Shown piece after piece: positions 48,723 to 57,594 of a DNA stretch of 64,000 nucleotides. Below the pieces are notes generated by a model. It had not been told where the DNA came from. It ran no database searches and saw nothing but the letters and a program-made list of their open reading frames with translations. Each line of letters begins with the position of its first letter. Position 1 is the first letter of the stretch. The translations under genes and the position numbers were made by a program. This DNA is from an uncultured Gammaproteobacteria bacterium. GTDB lineage: Bacteria > Patescibacteriota > Microgenomatia > UBA8517. The DNA is taken from assembly GCA_964540475.1 (NCBI GenBank), contig CAZIMC010000002.1, positions 111,551 to 175,550 of the forward strand. Reading direction: 5' to 3'.

Positions 48723-49928
48723 ATGAAAAGATTTATCTACAAGGCAAAAGATGCCCAAAACCGTCTTATAACTGGTGAGGTAGAAAGTACAAATATACAA
48801 ACTGCTGCCAAACTTGTTAGACAAAGAGGCTTGATTGTTATCTCACTTAAGCCCATCGGATTTAACCTGATAACTTTTGTAAGAAGTTTTAGGGACAGGA
48901 TTACTCAAGCTCAAGTATCAAATGTCACAAGACAGCTCGCAACAATGGTAAATGCAGGACTGCCGGTTACTGAATCATTGTCGATTCTGCGGAGCCAGAC
49001 CAAAGGGCTTCTTCAGAAAGTCCTGGGTCAAATTTTGGCAGATGTAGAAAGCGGTGAACCGTTAAGTAAGGCTTTGAGTAAGCACGACAAAGTGTTTACT
49101 CCAACATATATTGCATTGGTCAAATCGGGTGAATTAGGGGGAGTTCTTGACGAGGTGCTGCTGCGGCTTGCTGATAATTTGGAAAAACAGGAGGAGTTTA
49201 AAGGTAAGGTAAAAGGTGCACTTATTTACCCGACCATTATCGTCATCGGTATGATTGTTGTGGGATTTGTTATGATGATTTTTGTTGTCCCCCGCTTAAC
49301 TTCCCTTTACGTTGACTTTGATGCGGAACTTCCCGTACCAACACAGATATTAATGGGCCTATCCTCCTTTATTGCCCGCTTTTGGGTGTTACTCCTGGTT
49401 TTGGGGGGCTTAGGTTTATACACATTAAACCTGTACCGCAGAACCCAGGAAGGTAAAAGAAAAACCGACGAGCTAGTTTATAAAATTCCCATAATCGGTG
49501 AACTTAGTAAAAAGATTACTTTAACAGAAGTTACCAGAACACTTTCCTTAATGGTTGGATCAGGCGTTTCGATTTTGGAGGGGCTTAATATAACCTCTTC
49601 CATTGTCGGTAATAGTGTTATTTCAGATGCCTTAAGAGACTCCTCAAAACAAGTAGAAAAAGGGTTTCCTGTGTCTTTTGCTTTTGCAAGGCATTCGGAG
49701 GCTTTCCCATATATTTTGTCCCAGATGATTGCAGTTGGAGAGGAAACTGGAAAGATGGATGAAGTTTTGGGAAAGGTAAGCCATATATTTGAAATTGAAG
49801 CAGACCAAAAAGTAAAGGCATTAACTGCAGCGGTTGAGCCACTTATAATGGTTGTTTTGGGGCTTGGGGTGGGGTTTTTGGTGATTGCGGTAATTCTTCC
49901 AATTTACAACCTGACAACTCAATTTTAG
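48723..49928 (+). CDS. pilC: type IV pilus platform protein PilC (GspF family)
   Basis: 401 aa. Two T2SF repeats. 3 TM segments. Confidence 0.85.
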   Translation: MKRFIYKAKDAQNRLITGEVESTNIQTAAKLVRQRGLIVISLKPIGFNLITFVRSFRDRITQAQVSNVTRQLATMVNAGLPVTESLSILRSQTKGLLQKVLGQILADVESGEPLSKALSKHDKVFTPTYIALVKSGELGGVLDEVLLRLADNLEKQEEFKGKVKGALIYPTIIVIGMIVVGFVMMIFVVPRLTSLYVDFDAELPVPTQILMGLSSFIARFWVLLLVLGGLGLYTLNLYRRTQEGKRKTDELVYKIPIIGELSKKITLTEVTRTLSLMVGSGVSILEGLNITSSIVGNSVISDALRDSSKQVEKGFPVSFAFARHSEAFPYILSQMIAVGEETGKMDEVLGKVSHIFEIEADQKVKALTAAVEPLIMVVLGLGVGFLVIAVILPIYNLTTQF

Positions 49929-49939
49929 GCCTTAAGCTA

Positions 49940-49968
49940 TTGACAGTAATTTGTGAATAGTAAATACT
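49940..49968 (+). promoter_or_regulatory. putative sigma70-like promoter (TTGACA-N17-AATACT) for the major pilin gene
   Basis: Read from the sequence. Leaves a roughly 130-nt 5' leader that contains the C6/G7 complementary tracts. Confidence 0.3.
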
Positions 49969-50099
49969 TAAAATGTAAGCTCGGTTTAGTCATTTCTGCC
50001 AATGATTATTTTTCAACATTCCCCCCTAATCATTAATAGTTGTGTCTTAGTTTTGCATGTTTTGCGAACTAAGCATAAACGAGGGGGGGTGAAAATAAT

Positions 50100-50711
50100 A
50101 TGAATTTAAGACAAAAAGGCTTTACGCTTATTGAACTCTTAATTGTTATTGGACTCTTGGCAGCAATTGCTGTTATAGTTTTGGCTGCAATTAACCCAAT
50201 TGAACAGGCAAACAGAGCGAGAGATACCAGATACGCAACTGAAGCTTCGGAAGTCGTTAAAGCTGTCGAAAGGTATTATGCTACCAGACAAGAGTTTCCC
50301 TGGGTTGGTGACGGTACAACAAGTATTACGACGAGCAATGCACAAGCTTTAGTATATGAAAGTGTTGATCGTGCATTTTTAGGCATTTGTGGGACAAATT
50401 GTGACACACCGGGAGCTTTAATAAATAACCAGGAACTGCGTTCTGATTTTTTAAACAAAGATTTCATTGAGCCACAGGATACAGTAGATGAGCTTTGGAT
50501 TGGAAAAGAAGCAAACGACGATTCAACGGTGTATGTGTGTTATATTCCAGTTTCGAGGTCAGCCAAGGAGACTGCAGTTGCAAACAACAACGCTTGGACG
50601 TTAACGGCAGGTAACGGTGTAAGAACTGACGTATCTGGAGGAGCAAATCCTGCAAATCCGGCAGACAATTGGGCAACTGAAACACCAGCCATATATACTT
50701 GTTTGCCTTAG
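50100..50711 (+). CDS. type IV (major?) pilin, prepilin-type N-terminal cleavage/methylation domain
   Basis: KG-FTLIELLIVIGLLAAIA class III signal with Glu+5. 203 aa. Strong SD. Long leader. First pilin after pilC. Confidence 0.8.
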   Translation: MNLRQKGFTLIELLIVIGLLAAIAVIVLAAINPIEQANRARDTRYATEASEVVKAVERYYATRQEFPWVGDGTTSITTSNAQALVYESVDRAFLGICGTNCDTPGALINNQELRSDFLNKDFIEPQDTVDELWIGKEANDDSTVYVCYIPVSRSAKETAVANNNAWTLTAGNGVRTDVSGGANPANPADNWATETPAIYTCLP

Positions 50712-50783
50712 TGTGTTGAGGAATTTCTATAGCCCGAGTCTTTACAAAAGGCTTATTAAAACATTATTGTAAAGATAAGGGCT

Positions 50784-51560
50784 ATGGAATATTTCTTATT
50801 CGCAGTATTAGGTCTCGTAGTTGGCTCATTTATAGCTGCTCTAACCTACCGTTTGCCTAGAAATATTTCAATTGCAAAAGGCCGGTCAAGATGCAATTTC
50901 TGTAAAAGCCAAATTGCGTGGTATGACAATGTCCCCCTTATTTCCTTTTTCATTCTTGGAGGAAGATGCAGAAGTTGTAAAAAAAGTATCTCACTACGCT
51001 ACCCAATCATCGAAGCTTTGACTGCAGCGACTTTTTTGCTAACACCAGTTTTTTACCCTCACTTAACAAAAAACTTAAACTTTCTTTTCAGTACTTTTGC
51101 ACCACTTTCATTGGCTTTATTGTTAGTTGTCTTTTCAGTCCTAATCGCAATATTTGTTATAGATTTGGAGCATCAAATAATTCCCGACCTGCTTACCTTC
51201 ACTCTCCTGGGTATACTGGTATTTTATCTTTTACTTATTTCATATCCGGATCTTTTCCTTAGCTTTTTCGCTGGTTTATTGTCTGCTTTGCTGCTTCTGG
51301 CAATTCACATGCTTACTAAGGGGCGTGGTATGGGGTTAGGGGACGTAAAGTTTGCAATTTTTGGTGGAATGTTTCTTGGGTATCCCCTATTTTTGGTCTG
51401 GCTGATGGGAAGTTTTGTCTTGGGAGCAATTGTTGGAGTTATATTGATACTAATTGGAAGAGCAAGTTTTGGTAAACAAATTGCTTTCGGGCCTTTCCTT
51501 GCCCTTTCCTTGATTTTGACCGCCCTTTTTGGGAATATGGTACTTAAGCTTTTCGTATAG
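50784..51560 (+). CDS. pilD: prepilin peptidase (A24 family) PilD
   Basis: N-terminal Zn-binding CNFC...CRSC. Polytopic. Catalytic Asp regions (IPDLL; GLGDVKF). Confidence 0.85.
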   Translation: MEYFLFAVLGLVVGSFIAALTYRLPRNISIAKGRSRCNFCKSQIAWYDNVPLISFFILGGRCRSCKKSISLRYPIIEALTAATFLLTPVFYPHLTKNLNFLFSTFAPLSLALLLVVFSVLIAIFVIDLEHQIIPDLLTFTLLGILVFYLLLISYPDLFLSFFAGLLSALLLLAIHMLTKGRGMGLGDVKFAIFGGMFLGYPLFLVWLMGSFVLGAIVGVILILIGRASFGKQIAFGPFLALSLILTALFGNMVLKLFV

Positions 51561-51565
51561 CAAAA

Positions 51566-52117
51566 ATGGGAAAAATTATAAAATCCAGGGAGACTGTAGT
51601 TTTTCTTATAACTATCGGGGTAATTTTTCTTCTCTCATATGTAAATATATTGGCAAGCTTCAGGCGCGAGCGGGATTATAGAAGGCGGGAAGATTTAATC
51701 AGTATGGTTAATGCTCTAAACACCTTCCACAATCATTACAAGTTCTACCCCCCATCATCTGAAAATGGCGAAGTGATCGCTTGTTTGGGTGAAAGTTCGC
51801 GAATTGACAGATATAATTTAATTTATGAAAATCCCGTAGCCTGCCGGTGGGGTGTTGATGGCTTTTCACTGGACCCTGATGATCCGGAAACTACCCCCAT
51901 AATGGCCTCGCTCCCGCAAGATCCAAAGACAAATGAAGGTTATAAGTACCGTTACGTTTCAAATGGACAGGAGTATCAAATTTACGCTTCATACGAGGGT
52001 TCCAATGAGCCGGATATTATCCCCGAGCTTCTAGGCTCTCAAATTAACTGTGGTGTTGCCTATTGCAATACTGGAAAAGCAAGCCCTCAAACGGCACTTG
52101 AAAAGCCATTAAAATAG
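51566..52117 (+). CDS. pilin-like protein with non-canonical N-terminus (no G-FTLIE signal)
   Basis: N-terminal TM. Shares the post-helix pseudopilin motif R(D/E)..RR.DL...V.AL..........YP with the downstream pilins. Confidence 0.45.
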   Translation: MGKIIKSRETVVFLITIGVIFLLSYVNILASFRRERDYRRREDLISMVNALNTFHNHYKFYPPSSENGEVIACLGESSRIDRYNLIYENPVACRWGVDGFSLDPDDPETTPIMASLPQDPKTNEGYKYRYVSNGQEYQIYASYEGSNEPDIIPELLGSQINCGVAYCNTGKASPQTALEKPLK

Positions 52118-52135
52118 GAGCAAAATGGAACAAGC

Positions 52136-52615
52136 ATGCCCACCTCGAAAAAAAACGCTCTAGGCTTTACTTTAATTGAGATATTGATTGTAATAATGCT
52201 TATTGGCATTTTGTCGGTTATTGGTGTTTATGGCTTCACGTCATCCCAGCAACGTGTTAGAGATGCTACGAGGAAAGCGGATCTGAAAAATCTCCAGACT
52301 GCATTACGGTTGTATTATAATGACCGTGGTCGATATCCTGCCAGCAGCGGGGGGCAAATTAACGCTTGCGGATCATCCTGTAACAGTCCATGCAACTGGG
52401 GTTCGGAGTGGCTTTGCGGTTCCACTTCATATATGAGTACCCTTCCCAAAGATCCGGTAAGCCAATCAGCCGACGGATATGTTTACGTATATACAGTTAA
52501 TGCTTCAGACTCCGATCTTTATACACTTTCTACTTGTCTTGAAAATAAAAACGATTCGCACGGTATAGTCGATACGGGTTGTAATTCCGGACTCAAATTC
52601 GAAGTAAAACCATAA
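52136..52615 (+). CDS. pilin-like protein (GspG/pseudopilin type), Cys-rich
   Basis: LGFTLIEILIVIMLIG signal. RDATRKADLKNLQTALRLYYNDRGRYP. Confidence 0.75.
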   Translation: MPTSKKNALGFTLIEILIVIMLIGILSVIGVYGFTSSQQRVRDATRKADLKNLQTALRLYYNDRGRYPASSGGQINACGSSCNSPCNWGSEWLCGSTSYMSTLPKDPVSQSADGYVYVYTVNASDSDLYTLSTCLENKNDSHGIVDTGCNSGLKFEVKP

Positions 52616-53121
52616 TGAAAAAAGTTACTAAATTTAACCGCATAAAGTCCATTGGTTTCTCCTTAATTGAGCTGCTGGTTGTAATCTCAATAATAGGTGC
52701 TTTAGCCGCACTTTCTGTTGTTTCTTACTCAGCAGTTCAAAAGCAGGCTCGTGATACACAACGTAAAAACGATCTTAAGCACTATCAGAGCTTATTAATA
52801 CAGTTTGCAAGTGAAAACCGTGGATTTTACCCGTCATCTTCCGGTGGTGTTGTTAATCTTGATGTTATGTGTTCAAGTGTTTTACTTAATACATACACTT
52901 CTTCTTGCCCCACCGACCCGGGAAGTGGCGCGCGTGCGTATTCGTATATGCCCAACGTTTCAGGCGTAGCAGGTTATCCTCCAACCTCAACAAGATACAC
53001 TCTTTATATTCATGGCGGATTGGAGGCAGAAACTGATAAAACGTTCGTGATTTGCTCAAATGGATTTAGCGGAATTGTTAATAATACCTGGTCGGTGGTT
53101 AGCACAATATGCAGTCCATAA
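52615..53121 (+). CDS. pilin-like protein; C-terminal 98 aa identical to the 53598 gene
   Basis: IGFSLIELLVVISIIG signal. The 3' 294 nt lie inside the 301-bp direct repeat. Confidence 0.75.
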   Translation: MKKVTKFNRIKSIGFSLIELLVVISIIGALAALSVVSYSAVQKQARDTQRKNDLKHYQSLLIQFASENRGFYPSSSGGVVNLDVMCSSVLLNTYTSSCPTDPGSGARAYSYMPNVSGVAGYPPTSTRYTLYIHGGLEAETDKTFVICSNGFSGIVNNTWSVVSTICSP

Positions 53122-53128
53122 TGATAAA
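52828..53128 (+). repeat. 301-bp perfect direct repeat, copy 1 (3' two-thirds of a pilin gene plus start of the next)
   Basis: Base-for-base identical to 53796-54096 when compared by eye. Offset 968 bp. Confidence 0.9.
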
Positions 53129-53588
53129 TGATTCAGGTTTTACACTAATTGAGCTACTTGTTGCAATTTCAATCATTGCTGTTCTCATCGCGCTTTCTGC
53201 CTTTGGTTTTCAGGGCGTATTTGAAAATTCAAGAGATACCCAGAGGAAAAGTGACCTCAAGCAGTATCAAGCCGCTCTTGAAAACTATGCAAACAAAAAC
53301 AACGGGCGTTATCCCCTTTTGGACAATGGAGGTAGTATCACCGCCTTTTGTACAGAACTGGGTTTGGGTACGAATACATTGGGAACGGCAACAGCATGTC
53401 CGGAAGATCCCCTCTTTGGTCAAGAATGGTACTACTATAATTACAACTCGGATGCTGCCGGCACTTATTACACACTGTCTACCAAGCTGGAGGGAACCAG
53501 TACCAGCACTTTTTTTGTTGTTTGCTCAAACGGCAAATCCGGTAGTCATCCAATTGCAAGTTTTAATACCCAACACTGCCCGTTTTAG
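53109..53588 (+). CDS. pilin-like protein
   Basis: SGFTLIELLVAISIIAVLIA signal. Its first 20 nt (MQSIMI) lie within repeat copy 1. Confidence 0.75.
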   Translation: MQSIMINDSGFTLIELLVAISIIAVLIALSAFGFQGVFENSRDTQRKSDLKQYQAALENYANKNNGRYPLLDNGGSITAFCTELGLGTNTLGTATACPEDPLFGQEWYYYNYNSDAAGTYYTLSTKLEGTSTSTFFVVCSNGKSGSHPIASFNTQHCPF

Positions 53589-53597
53589 TCACTCAAT

Positions 53598-54089
53598 ATG
53601 CATTTAAGTAAAAGCACTCGGGGATTTACACTAATTGAGATCCTGGTGGCAGTTAGTATAATTGGCATCTTGATTCTTCTGGGGGGAATCAGGTTTGGCG
53701 ATCTGTTTCAAAACTCCCGTGATGCACAGAGGAGAAGCGATATGAAGCAATACCAGACGGCTCTTGAAAATTTTGCAAATGAAAATGCAAACATGTACCC
53801 GTCATCTTCCGGTGGTGTTGTTAATCTTGATGTTATGTGTTCAAGTGTTTTACTTAATACATACACTTCTTCTTGCCCCACCGACCCGGGAAGTGGCGCG
53901 CGTGCGTATTCGTATATGCCCAACGTTTCAGGCGTAGCAGGTTATCCTCCAACCTCAACAAGATACACTCTTTATATTCATGGCGGATTGGAGGCAGAAA
54001 CTGATAAAACGTTCGTGATTTGCTCAAATGGATTTAGCGGAATTGTTAATAATACCTGGTCGGTGGTTAGCACAATATGCAGTCCATAA
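53598..54089 (+). CDS. pilin-like protein; C-terminal 98 aa identical to the 52615 gene
   Basis: RGFTLIEILVAVSIIG signal. The 3' part lies within repeat copy 2. Confidence 0.75.
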   Translation: MHLSKSTRGFTLIEILVAVSIIGILILLGGIRFGDLFQNSRDAQRRSDMKQYQTALENFANENANMYPSSSGGVVNLDVMCSSVLLNTYTSSCPTDPGSGARAYSYMPNVSGVAGYPPTSTRYTLYIHGGLEAETDKTFVICSNGFSGIVNNTWSVVSTICSP

Positions 54090-54096
54090 TGATAAA
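53796..54096 (+). repeat. 301-bp perfect direct repeat, copy 2
   Basis: Identical to 52828-53128. Confidence 0.9.
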
Positions 54097-54580
54097 GAGG
54101 GGTTTTACCTTAATTGAACTAATGATAGTTGTGTCAGTAATTGGCCTTGTCCTTTCTCTAACGGTTTTTGGGTTCCAGAGATCAAGAGCTTCTTCCCGCG
54201 ATGCTAAAAGAAAAGCAGACCTAGAGACTCTAAAGTCAGCTCTTGTTATTTATAAGGCAGATAATGGAGTTTACCCATCAACTGGTGGCGCCTGGTGGGG
54301 TGTAAGCGTTAACGGGGGCAGTAGGACAACAAGTGGCGCAAATGCGTATATCCCGGGTTTAACCCCGAATTATATCGGTGAACTTCCCACGGACCCGTTA
54401 GGTAATACCTCAGGATGGTCGGGATACCTATACAGATCAAACGGACAGCAATTTAAGATACTATCACACTCAACAGGACCAGAAAGTTTTCCCGCCGTTG
54501 GACAACCATATTACGACCCGATTCGTTCCACATGGGCTATTATGGTTTGTAGTGCTGAACCAGCGTGCAGTAACTGGTAA
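54077..54580 (+). CDS. pilin-like protein
   Basis: RGFTLIELMIVVSVIG signal. Starts MQSIMI, derived from repeat copy 2. Confidence 0.75.
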   Translation: MQSIMIKRGFTLIELMIVVSVIGLVLSLTVFGFQRSRASSRDAKRKADLETLKSALVIYKADNGVYPSTGGAWWGVSVNGGSRTTSGANAYIPGLTPNYIGELPTDPLGNTSGWSGYLYRSNGQQFKILSHSTGPESFPAVGQPYYDPIRSTWAIMVCSAEPACSNW

Positions 54581-54591
54581 TATTATCTTAT

Positions 54592-55098
54592 ATGAAAGAG
54601 CATACACAGCAAATTAATAGGTATCAGGGATTTACACTTATTGAACTACTTATTGTGGTTTCGATAATTGGGGTTGTGGTAACTTTGGCAGTATTTGGCT
54701 TGCAAGGGTCAAGAGTCTCAGCCCGCAATGCCAAACGATTGGCTGATTTGGAAACAATTAGGGCAGCTCTTGAAATTTATAAATCTGAAAACAATGCGTA
54801 TCCACCAATGGGCGCCTCACCTACTTGCAGTGGATGGAATATTAGCACCAATTCCAATTGGCTATATAATCTGACAACATTAACCAATAAGCCAGTTGAT
54901 CCGATAAATACCACTGTCAGCGGTTGCGATAACGGATTTTTTTACCGGTATGCCGCCTGTGGAACTGGGTACAAACTTCAGGTAAGGTTGGAGGGCGTAA
55001 GTACCGGCAGTACCTGCCCATCGTGTGGTGGTCACACAGGTGGTACGCAGGGCATTGCAGGGACCGGTGATTTTTGGCACTGTGTCACGAACCCGTAG
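54592..55098 (+). CDS. pilin-like protein
   Basis: QGFTLIELLIVVSIIG signal. ARNAKRLADLETIRAALEIY. Confidence 0.75.
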   Translation: MKEHTQQINRYQGFTLIELLIVVSIIGVVVTLAVFGLQGSRVSARNAKRLADLETIRAALEIYKSENNAYPPMGASPTCSGWNISTNSNWLYNLTTLTNKPVDPINTTVSGCDNGFFYRYAACGTGYKLQVRLEGVSTGSTCPSCGGHTGGTQGIAGTGDFWHCVTNP

Positions 55099-55116
55099 AT
55101 TTGCTATAGTTAGTAT

Positions 55117-55653
55117 ATGCCTTCCCGTGGATTCACACTTATAGAGCTTCTCGTCAGTATCGGAATTCTCATAAGCGTTTTCTCATTGGGCTTTGCCGGG
55201 TACAGGGATTATTCCAGACGGCAGGAAATGGCCTCCATATCGCGACAATTAAGAGCTGATCTTCGTTGGGCACAGTCGCTCGCACTTTCAGGGCATAAAC
55301 CTACTGCTGACTACTTAGGTGCTGCAACCAGTGTTTGTCAATCAGCTAATCCCTTAATTGGCTACAACCTTCAAAGCTCGGCAAATTCATACCGAATCAG
55401 GGCAGTCTGTAACCAAGCTGGGACTGCGCAATTTGTTATCATTAAAAATACAGCAGTCCCATCTTACTTTACGTTGACTGGAGGGTACAACGGAGGTTCA
55501 CCAGTAAACCCTAGCGGTTATTTTGTCTTTAAACCCTTGGGTCAAGGTACTAATCTTTCTCCGCAAGCTGCAGAGCGCTTTACCACCATAACGGATACAC
55601 GTTCTGGTGCGCAGGAAACAATCTTAATTACGTCATCCGGGGAGGTCAAATGA
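55117..55653 (+). CDS. minor pilin (GspH/FimT-like)
   Basis: RGFTLIELLVSIGIL signal. 178 aa. Confidence 0.65.
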   Translation: MPSRGFTLIELLVSIGILISVFSLGFAGYRDYSRRQEMASISRQLRADLRWAQSLALSGHKPTADYLGAATSVCQSANPLIGYNLQSSANSYRIRAVCNQAGTAQFVIIKNTAVPSYFTLTGGYNGGSPVNPSGYFVFKPLGQGTNLSPQAAERFTTITDTRSGAQETILITSSGEVK

Positions 55654-56126
55654 AAAAAGCGTTGAAAAGTGGTCAATCGCTTTTTGAAGTACTTGTTGCA
55701 GTTGGAGTAATGGCCCTACTTGTAGTTGGTCTTATAAATATGACAACTGTTTCAATAAAGAATTCTACTTACTCCAGGAATAAAACAGCATCAACACTTC
55801 GTTCACAAGAGTTGGCAGAATGGCTACGCGGGCAAAGAGACTCAACCGGTTGGGTAACATTCAGAAACAGGGTTAACTCCGCCAACCAGACTTTTTGTTT
55901 TGACAGTTTGGGTTGGACTAAAAACCGAGCATGTAACGCCACAGAATATATTGCAGGAACAATTTTTGTGAGACAAGCTGCCTTTACATGCTACACCGGA
56001 AATACTCTGGTTGCCTGCAACACAGCAGGGGTTGTTGATAGGATTAGAGCGGCAATAACAACAACCTGGACATCCGGTTCAACACACCAGTCTACCGTTA
56101 CAACTGAACTAACCGCATGGAGATGA
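55650..56126 (+). CDS. minor pilin (GspI-like)
   Basis: SGQSLFEVLVAVGVMALL class III signal with Glu+5. Confidence 0.6.
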   Translation: MKKALKSGQSLFEVLVAVGVMALLVVGLINMTTVSIKNSTYSRNKTASTLRSQELAEWLRGQRDSTGWVTFRNRVNSANQTFCFDSLGWTKNRACNATEYIAGTIFVRQAAFTCYTGNTLVACNTAGVVDRIRAAITTTWTSGSTHQSTVTTELTAWR

Positions 56127-56614
56127 AAAAATTAATTATTGGTTACACATTAATTGAGATTCTGGTTGTGCTTGGTATATTTGCTTTGCTTGCCACACTC
56201 TCTACCCAAGCCGTATTCCTTACCATCAGGAGCTCAAGAAAAAGCGAAGCTGCCATAAAAGTGCGTGAGAATTTAAATTACAGCATAATGGTAATGGAAA
56301 GAGAGATTAGAAATGCAAAAACGGTTATTGGGTGTACTGCTGATAGCAGGAGAGTTAACTATACAAACCTTAGCAATGTGACCTCATACTTCGCTTGTGA
56401 AACATCAAGCGGAAACACAACAGTTGCCTCTGGCTCATCGAGTATGCGCCTTACTGGTACTGAGGTCAACCTGACCTCCTGCTCATTTACCTGCAGTAAC
56501 GATGGTTCAGGTAACTTGCAATCAGTATCAATTAATCTAGTTGGCAGCCATACTACAATTGGCGGAACAGAAGGTGTTTCAATCCCCATGACCACTCAAG
56601 TTTTTATTAGATAA
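56117..56614 (+). CDS. minor pilin (GspJ/PilW-like)
   Basis: IGYTLIEILVVLGIFALL signal. Confidence 0.6.
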   Translation: MEMKKLIIGYTLIEILVVLGIFALLATLSTQAVFLTIRSSRKSEAAIKVRENLNYSIMVMEREIRNAKTVIGCTADSRRVNYTNLSNVTSYFACETSSGNTTVASGSSSMRLTGTEVNLTSCSFTCSNDGSGNLQSVSINLVGSHTTIGGTEGVSIPMTTQVFIR

Positions 56615-56661
56615 TTAAACCTGATTGACCTTACTACAAGCTATTGTTAAACTGATTACGT

Positions 56662-57594
56662 ATGACAAATCTGCCGAGAAAGGTCTGTGAATCTGGCCAA
56701 GCGGTGCTTCTGGTACTTCTTGCAATGAGTGTTGTTTTAACAGTTGGCTTGTCTGTTGTTTCACGCACAATTACTGATGTTACAGTTACAACGACCGACG
56801 AGGAGTCAACCCGCGCGTTTGCTGCTGCCGAAGCAGGAATTGAAAGGGCGCTGATTACCGGAAGCAATACCGGCTCGATTTCGCTTGGCAGTTCTGCCTT
56901 TAATGCGACTGTTCTTTCGGCTGGTGTTTCTTCCAATAGTTTCAATCACCCCCAACCAATCAGGTCAGGCGAATCAATACCGCTTTGGCTGGTTGGGCAT
57001 AACTCTAACGGCGATGTTGTTTGTAATGCCACTTATCCATGTTTTACTGGTAACATATTGCGTGTTTGTTGGGGTCAGCCTGGCACTTCCAGAACAAGTA
57101 TTACAGTTCCTGCAATTGAAGCGTCAATATTTTATGATCCTACACCCTCCTCCCCCCCGTCATATGCGGATGTGCGAGTTGCCAAAGCAGCAGTGGACCC
57201 TTATAACGGGACTAACACCAGTAGGTCAGGTAACGCGTTTGATAAAAGCATAAATGTAAATTGTACAATCAGCGGAAAGTCATATGCGTTTTATAAGGAC
57301 TTAAGCCTTACATCAATGGGGATACCTGCTATCTCTCAAAATTCCAACTACGGGTTATTTTTGGCAAAATTCAGACTCTTGTATAACGATACACAACATG
57401 AAGTAGGCATTACAACCGCCGGTGTTACTGGATTCTCCGGCACCAACTTCCCTACTCAAGGGGTGGATGTTGAATCAACAGGAACAGCAGGAAGTGCAAA
57501 CCGTAAAATCAAAGTATTTCAGAGTTTTTCTGAGCCGCCACCGATTTTTGATGCAGTAATTTACACCGAAAATTCAGGAGGAATAACAAAATGA
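56662..57594 (+). CDS. PilX/GspK-like pilus tip/minor pilin protein
   Basis: ESGQAVLLVLLAMSVVLTVGLSVV...AFAAAEAGIERAL resembles the PilX N-domain and has no Glu+5. 310 aa. Ser/Thr/Asn-rich. Confidence 0.55.
   Translation: MTNLPRKVCESGQAVLLVLLAMSVVLTVGLSVVSRTITDVTVTTTDEESTRAFAAAEAGIERALITGSNTGSISLGSSAFNATVLSAGVSSNSFNHPQPIRSGESIPLWLVGHNSNGDVVCNATYPCFTGNILRVCWGQPGTSRTSITVPAIEASIFYDPTPSSPPSYADVRVAKAAVDPYNGTNTSRSGNAFDKSINVNCTISGKSYAFYKDLSLTSMGIPAISQNSNYGLFLAKFRLLYNDTQHEVGITTAGVTGFSGTNFPTQGVDVESTGTAGSANRKIKVFQSFSEPPPIFDAVIYTENSGGITK

Noticed and set aside
53149-53607. 152-aa alternate-frame ORF across two pilin genes
   Set aside because: It overlaps two well-supported pilin CDSs that carry canonical prepilin leaders. 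It is spurious.
52828-54096. Repeat considered as a CRISPR-like or tandem array
   Set aside because: There are only two copies, 301 bp long and protein-coding, with a 968-bp period. This is not a short-repeat/spacer architecture. No cas genes are present in the window.
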